From Caecitellus pseudoparvulus (Eukaryota > Protista > Bigyra: Bicosoecida), in the NCBI GenBank assembly GCA_965644315.1, contig CBFFRQ010000088.1:124001-188000 (forward strand): a DNA stretch of 64,000 bases, read 5' to 3'. Shown piece by piece: positions 53,137-63,285 of the stretch. The position numbers were made by a program, and so were the translations under genes. Position 1 is the stretch's first letter. The number at the start of each line of letters is the position of its first letter. The notes under the pieces were generated by a model. That model saw only the letters and a list, made by a program, of their open reading frames with translations. It was not told the DNA's origin and did no database searches.

Positions 53137-54514
53137 ATGAAGTGCATCGCAGTTGTGTTGGCGACTGCTGCCGTGATGGTTGCGGCGCAGGAGCCGAGTC
53201 CGTCGCCCCAGCACGGTGCGTGTGCGCTGTGTCTGGGAAGTGCAGTGCACTTGAGCCAGAGCACGCTGCGGCGGCATGCACGCATGACTGCGTTGCGGTG
53301 CTTCTCGCAGTGCCCTGCTACAAGGACTTTGGCAGTGTGCAGTATTCCCTGGTTGGCGAGGAGAACCTGGCACTGACGTTTGAAGACGGCACCAAGTGCG
53401 TGCGCCTGGGCGCTGTGCGCGGAATTACCGCAGCGTCGTCGCTGCTCTTGGCGTGCCATTCACTCTGTCCGATGGCACACTGCGTGGCGGTGTGGCCAAG
53501 TTGCAAACCTTCATGCGCTGTACATCCTACACCCTTCACACGGGCGCACAATCTCCCCGCTCCGCAGCGCTGGCGTGGAGTCTGACTGGTACTACAATGT
53601 TGGCATCTGCTCAAACGTGAGGCTGTTAGCCCCTTCGCGCCTGCGCGTCCTGCCCTGCACGCCATCCCCGCCTTGTCGCACAGATCATCCCTGATGCCCA
53701 GTACAAGTGCGCTCGCTCGTACGGCGCGGGCGGGGAGGTGGACACGGGCCCTGCTCCCGCCTTCCAGATCAACAAGAAGTCCCGCGACTGCCACCGCCTG
53801 GCAGAGGATATTTTTGATGAGGACACGGTGTCCTGGGACCTGCTGAACCCTAACGACCCCGCCATGGGCTTCTCCCTCACGTACAGCGGCGGCGACACGT
53901 GCGAGGGGTACGACGGCAACTCCACCGAGCACGAGGTGCTGCGCCGTTCCATCCGTCTGGACTTCATCTGCGACACGTCCGAGGGCGGCTTCTCGCAGAA
54001 CGCGACGGTCATCGAGTCGGAGACGTGCCAGTACAACCTGGTCATCAAGGGCCGCCAGGGGTGCCCCCTGAACTGCCCCGTTGTGAAGGCTGGCTTCGGC
54101 GAGCAGCGCCTGTGCAACGAGCACGGCGTGTGCGACTTCAACGCCAAGACTGGCCAGGCTGGCTGCTTCTGCAACAAGGGCTGGCAGGGCGGGGACTGCA
54201 CCATCAACTCGGACCCCGGCCGGCAGCCAGTGCCCAACTACGCTGGCGCCATCGTTGGCACGCTCATCGCAGGGTGCCTCGTCGGCGTGTTGCTGTCGCT
54301 GGGCGGGTACTACCTGTACAACCACTACCACAAGGCGCCCGGCGCCACTGGTGCGTCCTTCGGCGGGGATGATTCCTACGCGCAGCTGGGGGAGGAGGGC
54401 GGCGCCAGCGCTCCCACCTTCACCAGCACATCAGCCTCCACGGCAGAGACGCTGGACAGCGGCGCAGGCGGGTACGCACCCCCCCAGGACGACGACGGGC
54501 CCCTGGTGGGCTAA
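53137..54514 (+). CDS. Type I membrane protein, MRH (M6P-receptor/ATG27-like) domain + EGF domain, 347 aa; exons 53137-53215, 53311-53395, 53568-53616, 53684-54514
   Basis: Signal peptide; WYYNVGIC, GFSLTYSGGDTC...RSIRLDFIC...ESETCQY...GCP (MRH); CNEHGVC...CFCNKGWQGGDC (EGF); TM helix; tail with YAQL and DDDGPLV. Confidence 0.8.
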
Positions 54515-54622
54515 GCTCGCCGCCTGCCAAATGCAAGACGCTCGGAAGGTCAGCGAGTGTGCCTTCACCCCGGCACGTGCTTCGTGTCTTGTTGGCAGTC
54601 GAGACAAAAGCAGAGCAGCGAC

Positions 54623-57600
54623 ATGGCTGTGGCAGCGGGCGAAGTGGCCGCCAGCGCCGTCTCAGACGAGGGTGTTGGTGGCCCACGGTGGTTGCACGAC
54701 ACCATGCAACACAGGTACCCTGACGCGAGTGTAGCAGGGGTGCCCCTTGCGTCTTTCGAGTGTCCTGTGGACGGGACTGGGCGGTGCGTGCGGAAATCGG
54801 TTGGGCGTGTCGCAGGGTGCACCCGTCTGCCCGTTCCGCGGCACAGGTTTCATGGCGAGGGTGTCTTGCAGTTCAAGAACTCGTGTAAATACGAGGGGAG
54901 CCTGGTGAAGGGGGAGATGCACGGGCAGGGCACGTACACATGGGGCGACGGCAGCACTTTCAAGGGCCGCTTCGAGCACAACAAGCCGACGGGGTCGGGG
55001 TTGATTTCTTGGCCCAATGGGGACACATACGAAGGCGGCATTGAGGATGGCCTTCGACACGGGCACGGCGTCTTTCGCACGGCCAGCAGTCCCGCCCACT
55101 ACGTGGGGCTGTGGCACCAGGGCCGGCGACATGGCAAGGTGCGTGGGTCCGATACGGGATCGCGCTTGCCGCCTGCGCTCAACACGCCCCTCCCCGCGCT
55201 GCACAGGGCACCCTGTACTACTCCGCCGATCGTAAAGCATACTACTCAGGCAATTGGCACAATGGACAGCGCCATGGCCAGGGTACGCTCGTGTATGCGT
55301 CTGGCAACGTGTACAGCGGGCAGTGGTGGCACGATACGAAGCACGGCCATGGCAGCATGGAGTGGCGGGACCGAGGGGAGGCCTACTCAGGGCAGTGGAA
55401 GCACGACAAGCCACATGGCGTCGGCACACAGGTGTGGAGCAGCCCTGCAGGCGCCAGCAGCGCCCCAGGTGGTGGCGGTGGCGGAGGCGGGGTGCTGCCC
55501 CTGGTCAATCGGTACGAGGGCGAGTTCAAGCACGGACTGCGGCATGGGCTGGGGACGTTCTGGTACGCAGATGGGGGGCACTACTTCGGTCTGTGGTGGC
55601 ACGGGCACAAGCACGGCGCCGGCGTGCTGACCACCCACGATGGGCGGGTTATCCAGGGCACCTTCACTCGGGATGTCCTGCCTGCTGCCAGCGGCCTGAG
55701 CATCACCACAGGGCGGTCGGCAGCAGGGGAGGCCGCCGCTGCCAGCGGGCGCGGTCTGAAGCGCCTGGGGCTGGACGCCAGTCGGGCCGCTCTGACAGGC
55801 ACAGTCAGCCAGCCGCTAGCGCCCAGCATGGGGCTTCATGTGGGCGACCTGCTGCCCAACCCGACCACCCAGCGGGGAGCGGCAGGGGAACACACTCGAG
55901 CCCTGAACAGTGTCCTCATGAAGTGGAACTCACACCTGCGCCGACTGTATGCGGCGTACACCCAGGTGAACTCCCGCACCGGCCAGGCGCTGGCAGCCGC
56001 CCAGGGCGTGTTGCCGGGCACTGGGCACGCGTTGCTGGGTCTGCCTGGGGCGGGGGGGGACGCAGTCCTGCACCCGCAGTGCATGCAGCTGGGAGATCTG
56101 TGGACGCTGGTGTTGGACGCGGGGCTGGTGCGGCCGCCCCTCACGCTGGCCTTTGTGGACACGGTCCTGCACCTGGTGCGCATGCGGCACGCAGTGTGCC
56201 TGGCGGGGGGGGCGGCAGAGGTGCAGAAGGGGAGGGCGGCACGAGCGGCGCGAGGTGTCTCCACGCCACCCACCAGCCCTGCCGTGCGCCTGAGCGGCAC
56301 CCTGTCGGCGGTATCCCCTGGCGGTACACGGGCGTCAGTGGGTCACAGGGGGGGGGATGTCGTGGACGGCAAGCGGGTGGTGGATGGGGCCCCCGTGTCC
56401 CCCCTGCCTGTGGGACCGGGGGATGAGAGCAAGGGGGAGGAGGGGGGCTGGGGCACGGCGCCAGTGCAGCGGACGGGGTGGGCCACGTCATCTGACAGCT
56501 CTGACGTCAGCGACGACGAGACCTGGGACGCAGCCGCCGCTGCCGCCCCGCGTGCGGCAGCACCCACTCCAGCCCTTCGCCCAACATCTGCTGCACGCCT
56601 GCGGCAGACTGCGGCTGAGGCACGTCGGCACCGCCCTCTTATTGCGGAGGAGGCAGCCCAGGCGGGGTCGCGTCGAGACGCCTTTGCCACACTGCTCTCC
56701 TGCCGCCGACATGATCCGGCCGAGCCAGTGCTGTTCCGGGAGTTCGTGGAGGTGCTGGTGCGCCTGGCAGCCTTGACGGCAGGGGGCGTCGGCGGTGCCG
56801 CCTTTGCTTTGCTGGCTGACGAGGCGGGCACTGCACTTGGGGACGACGCCGGTGACACCCCCCGAGCAGGCACTACAGAGGGCCCAGCGGCAGGTACAGA
56901 GGGGCCAGAGCATGCAGCGGGGGCACCTGAAGGCGACGCCCTGCCGCCCATGCCCTCCATGCTGGCTAGCACGTGGGGCGGTGGCAGCAGTCTCGCGGCA
57001 GGGGACGGGCTGGGCGTCGGCTCGGTGTCCGTGTCGCTGTCCCAGCGGGCGGCAGGGGCTGGTGGCCACGCCAGCAGCCTGCAGTACCCCGGCGCTGGGG
57101 GATGGGGCGCCACGGGGCAGGGCTTGTCCCTGGCTCGATTTGGGCTGTCTGCAGGGCAGGCGTCGACGACCCTGCGCCAGGGCTCCACCCTGCGGCAGCC
57201 ACCCGAGGCGGCCCTGCCCCCTCCACTGGGCAGCCAGCACCTGACTGGCTCCCAGGCCTCTGCTGCGGCACTGTCCCAGCGTGGCGGGGGGGGCGACGTG
57301 GTGCCTGCCATCCGTTCGCACTTTGACGCCCTGGCGCCAGGCACCACATCCCTCGCCGACGCAGTGGACCGCTTCATGCTGGCCCTGGGCGAGCCCCTGC
57401 TTGAGGCGGAGGCGGCGAGGGCAGCGGCACGTGAGGCATCCGTGTCGCACGGTGTAGCCCCCACTGCCCCAGCCTCGCCAGCCTCGCCTGCCTCAGCTCG
57501 GGATGGGCGTGTCCACGGTACCAGTGCCGCCCCACACAGCCCCCTTCGAAGCCGGGCACTGAGCGCTCCCCCCGGTGGCCTACCAGGCTCGCCGGGCGTG

Positions 57601-58995
57601 CCAGGCAGCCCCTGGCGCGAGGCAGGCGCCCAAGGTGCAGGCGTGGGCGGCGAGGTGGGGCGGTGGGATGGACCCCGCCCCCACCAGGCCACCGGTCTGC
57701 GCCTGCACTTGCGCCAGCCAGCCGTGGTGGCGGTGCACGCGGGGCTGTGTGCGCAGCTGCAGGCGCTGCTCCTCAAGTACGCCACGCCGGACGCCACCCT
57801 GCCCCTCATGCCAGGCAGTGCCGACGCTGATGCGGCTCTGCTGGGCAGCATTGGGGCGGGGTCGGGTGCCGAGGGAGAGGTCCCGGCGCCCCCCCCTGCG
57901 GCCGGCAGCTGCACCGTGACTGCCTGGGACGTCGCTCGGTGTCTCGCGGACGCCAGGTTGCTGGATACGCACTTCTCAGCGGCCCATGTCGCGTGGCTGT
58001 GTGCTGCTGCGGCCTTCGGGGAAGGCGCCGTGGCGGAGGCGCAGCCCCTGCCTGGCGCTGACCTGTGGACGGACCCGCAGTCTGGCGCCGGCCGCCCCGC
58101 CTCGCCTGGGTCCTTTGTCGGTGCACTGCCGTTGGATGACTTGGCCGAGGGTGGCGGCAGTGAGGGGGGTGAGGAGGAGGAGGAGGAAGAGGGGGATGCT
58201 GGCCCTGATGACACCGTCACTGGGCTGTCAGAGGGCAAGGCTGACGAGACACAGCTGGGTGGCGGTGCAGGTGCTGGCCCAGACAGCGGGCGGTCTGAGG
58301 ACCACACCGCCTTGGTGGTGGACACGGAGTCACTGGGGGCGCTGGATGACCTGGGTGTCGGCCTGCCTGTGGCCGAGGTGTTAGCGCAGTCTGACGAAGA
58401 GGACGAGCGGGGTGCCTCCAGCGAGGCCAGTGGGCTGGCCAACGCAGTGGGGGACACAGCCCTGGCGCGCAAGCCGCCCACCACGGCGCCTGGTGGTTGG
58501 GCCGGCCTGGGGCTACCCCTCGTCTTCCCGCAGTTCCTGGAGGCCCTCGCGCGGGTGTGTCTGGCGCAGTACGCAGTCGCGCCGCTGCGACAGGCCGATG
58601 CGGCGGCACTGGCTGAGCACCACCAAGCACTGGCCTCGGCACGGCAGGCGGCAGAGGCGGCGGCCGCTGCCGCTGAAGCTGCCGCTGCTGCCGCTGCTGC
58701 GGCGCCCAAGAAAGGGGCAGGTAAGAAGAAGAAGTCCGCCGCCGTGCTGGCGGCGGAGGAAGAGGCTGCTTCTGCTGCGGCCAGCCTGGATACGGCAGCC
58801 CAGCGTGGTCCGCCGCCGACACCGCCGGCCGCTGTGGAGCTGCTGCCGCCACAGGCGCCCCTGGCGGCGAAGTTGGAGCACTTCCTCCTGCACACACTGC
58901 TGCGGAGGCACAAGATCGGCGGGCATGACGAGGCCTCCGAGAGCGTCTCTGTGCGTGTGGAGGCGACTGTGGATTCCCACGCCCGCCCAGGGTGA
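54623..58995 (+). CDS. MORN-repeat protein, radial spoke head 10B-like, ~1413 aa; exons 54623-54783, 54847-55138, 55207-58995
   Basis: About ten MORN repeats (YEGSLVKGEMHGQGTYTW, YSGQWWHDTKHGHG...), then LRRLYAAY...MQLGDLWTLVLDAGL...HDPAEPVLFREFVEVLVRLA, the RSPH10B architecture. Confidence 0.8.
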
Positions 58996-59150
58996 GGGGG
59001 GTGCCCCCGCAGAACACGTCTCTGCTGCAATGCAGGCGCTGCCAAGCATGCGCACCACCAACACATTGCACATTGCCACCTGCGACCCCGCGCCACCGCC
59101 CTCCCTTGCGCGTCCAACTCCTCGCCTTCCCTGCCACGCTGCTTCGCACC

Positions 59151-60092
59151 ATGGCCAGTGACACAGTGTCGGTCGCAGCCGCCTTTGAGGCCGCGGCAGC
59201 CGAGGGCCGAGCAGCCTTTGTGCCGTACATCACGACGGGCTTCCCCACAGCCGAGTCCACGGTGGAGCTGCTGCAGGCGCTGGAGGCTGGCGGCGCAGAC
59301 ATCATCGAGGTGCGGAAATCGAGAGCGACAGGGAATGCCGCAACCCTGGCACCGCGCCACACGGCCGCCACCTTGCCTGCACTGCGCATCCCGCCCCCCG
59401 CACAGCTAGGAGTGCCTTTTTCAGACCCCCTGGCAGACGGGCCCACCATCCAGGCCGCCAACCAGCGTGCTCTCATGGGCGGCGCGTCCGTGCACACTGC
59501 GCTGGAGGCAGTCGCGGCTGCCCGCGCCGCAGGGGTCAAGGTGCCCATCATCCTCATGGGGTACTTGAACCCCTTCCTTTCCCACAACGCCGAGGGTGAC
59601 GTGGCGCAGTTTGTGGCGGCAGCTGCGGCCGCTGGTGCCCAAGGCTTCATCGTGGTGGACTTGCCGCCCGATGAGCCCCCAGCCAAGGCGTGGTTGAGCG
59701 CCTGCGCCGAGCACAAGCTCTGCTTCGTGCCACTGGTAGCGCCCACCACGACAGACGCACGTCTGGGCGAGGTGGCTGCAGCTGTCGGCGACGCAGCGGC
59801 GTACGTGTACTGCGTCAGCATCGCTGGCGTGACCGGCGCTCGCACCGACCTGCCTGACCACCTGCCTGCTTTCATCAGCCGTGTGGCCAGCGCCTTCCCC
59901 AGCAGTCCCCTGGTGGTGGGCTTCGGCATCAGCACGCCGGAACACGTGCAGCAGGTGTTCAAGAAGGTCGGCGCGGCAGGGGCAGTCGTGGGCAGCGCAG
60001 TGGTCAAGGCTGCCGACAAGGCGCATGCGGAGGGTGGGGACGCAGGGAAGGCAGTCAAGGAGCTCGTGCAGCACTTGACCTCCTTGAAGTGA
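59151..60092 (+). CDS. trpA: Tryptophan synthase alpha chain, stand-alone, 281 aa; intron 59310-59405
   Basis: ADIIE|LGVPFSDPLADGPTIQ (catalytic Glu and Asp), LMGYLNP, VVDLPP, VPLVAPTT, GVTG, VGFGIST, VVGSA. Confidence 0.95.
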   Translation: MASDTVSVAAAFEAAAAEGRAAFVPYITTGFPTAESTVELLQALEAGGADIIEVRKSRATGNAATLAPRHTAATLPALRIPPPAQLGVPFSDPLADGPTIQAANQRALMGGASVHTALEAVAAARAAGVKVPIILMGYLNPFLSHNAEGDVAQFVAAAAAAGAQGFIVVDLPPDEPPAKAWLSACAEHKLCFVPLVAPTTTDARLGEVAAAVGDAAAYVYCVSIAGVTGARTDLPDHLPAFISRVASAFPSSPLVVGFGISTPEHVQQVFKKVGAAGAVVGSAVVKAADKAHAEGGDAGKAVKELVQHLTSLK

Positions 60093-60341
60093 GGCTCGAT
60101 CTGCCCCGCCTCCGAGGAACTGCTGCATCCGGCCGGCGCTGCTGCTCGAGGATGAAGAGTGTCCCCCCCTTGATAAAGGGGTGCAGCCAGGCCGCACTTC
60201 AGGCTGCAGGCACGGCACATGGCCCTGTGCCACACAATGCAACATTCGCGTGAAATATGCAAAGAGGCATTGCCGTGCTGCTTCAAGGCCCCGCTCGGGC
60301 GCACAGGTCGTGGACGTGTTGAGGCATTCGATTTCCGCAGC

Positions 60342-61703
60342 ATGGCAGCGCAGTTGAGCGCTGAAGAGGCGGCAGTGTACGACCGGCAGATTCGCCTGTG
60401 GGGCGTGGACGCACAAGCCCGCATGCAGAGCAGCAGGGTTGTCTTGGCAGGGCGTGTGGACGGGGCTCTCGCCGAGGTGCGTCGGGCGTGGTATTTGAAC
60501 CGCCTGGTGCGGCGGCACCTCGCGCCCTCCTGTGCGCACCGCAGATCGCAAAGAACTTGGTGCTGGCCGGCGTGAAGCTCACTCTCAGCGACGACACTCC
60601 CGTGCAAGAGGCTGACCTGTGCACGAACTTCTTCCTGCGGGCGGCAGACGTTGGCCGGCCTGTGAGTGCGTCGTGAGCACGCTGACATTCACTCCGCACT
60701 CTGTTCACCCCCCTGTCCACCGCAGACAGCGGAAGCATGTGCGCCACGCATGCGGGAACTAAACCCACTGTCTGCAGTGGATGTGCTGGACACACCCCTG
60801 GCCTCAGCGGACGACGCAGCCCTCGCTTCCGCCCTCGCCTCAGCCACAGTCCTGGTGCTCGGTGGTCCGCCCAGCTCCAGCAAGGTGAGCAGTCCAGCCA
60901 CACCGCCGCAGCACCACTGTCTTGCACCCCTTGCCATCTCTCCATGCGCAGGATCGCTTGAGCGATGCGGCTCGGGCGGCGGGGGTGGCCGTGGTGCAAG
61001 TGCATGTGTGTGGTCCTTTCAGCCTGGCTTGGCTAGACTGGGGGGCCAGCTACACCTTCTCACAGTGCGTGCTGAGCCCAGTGCTCGGTGCACTACACGC
61101 CACACACACTCATTTCGCCTTTCCAGGGAGTCCAAAGCCGCTGATCCCACAGCTGCTGCCGTGAAGCAGGGCTTCTCTGTCAGTTACCCATCCTGCACTG
61201 AGGCCCGAGCACTGCGCCCGGCGGCAGGGCGCAAGGTGCGGCGGGCTGCCGACAAGTTCGCCGTGCTGTGCTGCATGTGGGCGCTGGAGGTGGAGGCGCT
61301 GCGTGGCAGCAGTCCAGGCGAAGCGGATCTGAGCGCCACCGCCGCTGCCCTCGCCACCGCCTGTGGCCTGCCGTCTGACACTGCCTCGCCTGCCGTGGCT
61401 GCGGAGGTGGTGCGATGCAGGGGCACGCAAGACCCCTCCACATGCGCCCTGGTGGGGGGCTTGCTCGCCGTGGAGGTGACCAAGGTCCTGCAGCGCAAGG
61501 GCATGCCCGCCTTCCACCTCGTCGTGTTTGACGGCCGCAGCGGGGAGAGCAGGGCGGTGGACCTCACCTCGCCACTGGCACGGTACGACCCGCCCTTTGT
61601 GAAGGATGCAGGCAGCTCCACGGCTGATCAGGCGCCTAGCGGGGCAGAGCCCGACGGCGGCGCAGAGGTGTTGGACGACGACGATGTTGTGCTGGAGGGG
61701 TGA
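60342..61703 (+). CDS. SAE1: SUMO-activating enzyme subunit 1 (Aos1/SAE1, ThiF family), 366 aa; exons 60342-60476, 60545-60661, 60726-60884, 60952-61064, 61127-61703
   Basis: EAAVYDRQIRLWGVDAQARM, E|IAKNLVLAGV, MRELNP, CALVGGLLAVEVTKVL...FDG. Confidence 0.88.
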
Positions 61704-61941
61704 GGGGTGCCGCAGGGCAGGGCTGGCGAGCTTTCGTTGCATGCCAAATTCTTGTCCTCCTAGTCATTTCTCAGCAGGCTTTCCAATTTGGCTGCACCAG
61801 CCGTCTACTTCCCTGGGTTGCTCTCGGCAGCGCCGGTGCTGAGTCGAACGGCGCAGGCTGACACGCCAGCCGGCAAGCACGTCTCCAGTTTCGCTCCCCT
61901 CGCCGGTCTTGACCAGCGGCAGCTTGAATGCACAGCTAGGC

Positions 61942-63272
61942 ATGGATTCTATAGCCTCTTTTTGTTTCCACGCGGCCACGTGAGCCCTGGCGAGGCGTTT
62001 GAGCGCAGGCGTTACCTCCACGTTTCGCACCCTCCTTCACAGCATCGGCGGCTTTTCCATTGCTTCCTGGCGAAGCATCAAGGCGCTCCTGCAGCAGGAA
62101 CGCGATGCAGCCCAGAAGTCTAACATGTCACCGGACGAGTCTGCCCATGCGTGGTCTCCAGACGTCATGCTGCAGTTCTGGTGTGTGGTGGCAGCGCACG
62201 AGTTCTCGAGGCAGCTCAACACCCACCCGCACCTGCGCTCGGCACAGGGTCACGTCTGGTCTCCTGCACTACCTGGCCACCTTGCACCTGTGAGTTGCCA
62301 TGCCGCCCGTCCTCCTGCGTGACAAAGCCCCACCCCCACTTTTTCTCTGTCGCAGACCGTACGCTGCTGAGTTGCGCACTCTGCTTCTCCTGGTGTGCAT
62401 CGCGCCGGGGCTGGGCATCACGGCCTCCACATCCATCTACCAGCATGCCACCAAGCCACTCGTGGACGCTGTGGCGCCCACCGTCGTTCCACGTGTCCTG
62501 CGCCTGAAGCGCTCCAGCCAGAAGGCGGCCGTGGCGGCGTTGCAGCCCATGCTGACGATGGCCACGGAGTCACTGCTGCCGTACGCAGCGCCAGAGGGTG
62601 TGTGGTGCCACATTGTGCCGTCATCATCGCAACATGCAGACACTCTCCCCCCCCCCCCCCCTTTCCTCAGACCTGGACCGCGCCCAGGAGGCCATGGAGC
62701 GTCTGCGGGCCCAAGTGACCAAGCGGCGACGGGAGCTCGAGATCCGGGGCCTGGCCAGGCCACTCATGGGCAGCCCCACCGCCAGCGTCCTGGGCCAGGC
62801 CGCCGCCAACGTGATGGAGTCGGTGCAGGGCGCAGTGCAGGCGGATGACCAGGCGCCGCCGCCGTCGTCAGACCGCAGCAGCATGGAGGCTGCCGCACAG
62901 GGCGCCTGGTCCATGGTGTCTGGCCTCGTGCGCATGCTGCCGGCGGCTCAGGGGGCCACCTCGCCTCGCCACAGCTCTGCGGCCGGAACCGTGGCCAGTG
63001 CCACCAGCGGCGGCAGCGGCGCCAGCGGGGTGGTCAGCGAAGATGCCCAGCGGACATGGGAGGCGGGGCTGGAGGACATGGACGCCGTGCTGGATGACGA
63101 CCAGGTGCCGCTGGCGTTCGTGGATGAGGACTCCTCACCGCCCCCTGTGCGGGGCCGGCACACTATGGCTGGGCCGGGGGCGGCGAAGGGTCAGCGGCAG
63201 CCACGCACCCGGGCATCAGACGGCTACACCATGCGCAAGCGCAGTGGCGGGACTCGCGGGGCAATGCATTGA
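61942..63272 (+). CDS. TB2/DP1/HVA22 (REEP-like) protein, ~353 aa; exons 61942-61979, 62043-62180, 62248-62289, 62356-62597, 62671-63272
   Basis: Spliced product IASWRSIKALL...MLQFWVTSGLLHY...LPYAAELRTLLLLVCIAP...SIYQHATKPL fits the HVA22 pattern; four phase-consistent introns of 63-73 nt. Confidence 0.68.
62647..62661 (+). repeat. C15 homopolymer forming the polypyrimidine tract of an intron
   Basis: Read directly; precedes TTTCCTCAG acceptor at 62670. Confidence 0.85.
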
Positions 63273-63285
63273 GTGGTGGCGGCAC

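Noticed and set aside
11780-59360. Long ORFs antisense or out of frame to real genes (e.g. 11780-13195+, 13786-15450+, 18156-19982+, 38539-40578-, 43328-45703-, 56343-59360-)
   Set aside because: Shadow ORFs expected from high GC and codon bias; no recognisable motifs, and each overlaps a well-supported gene.
21028-60092. Decarboxylase plus trpA as a tryptamine biosynthetic cluster; SAE1 plus SUMO-like protein as a SUMO cluster
   Set aside because: The pairs are over 36 kb apart with many unrelated housekeeping genes between them.
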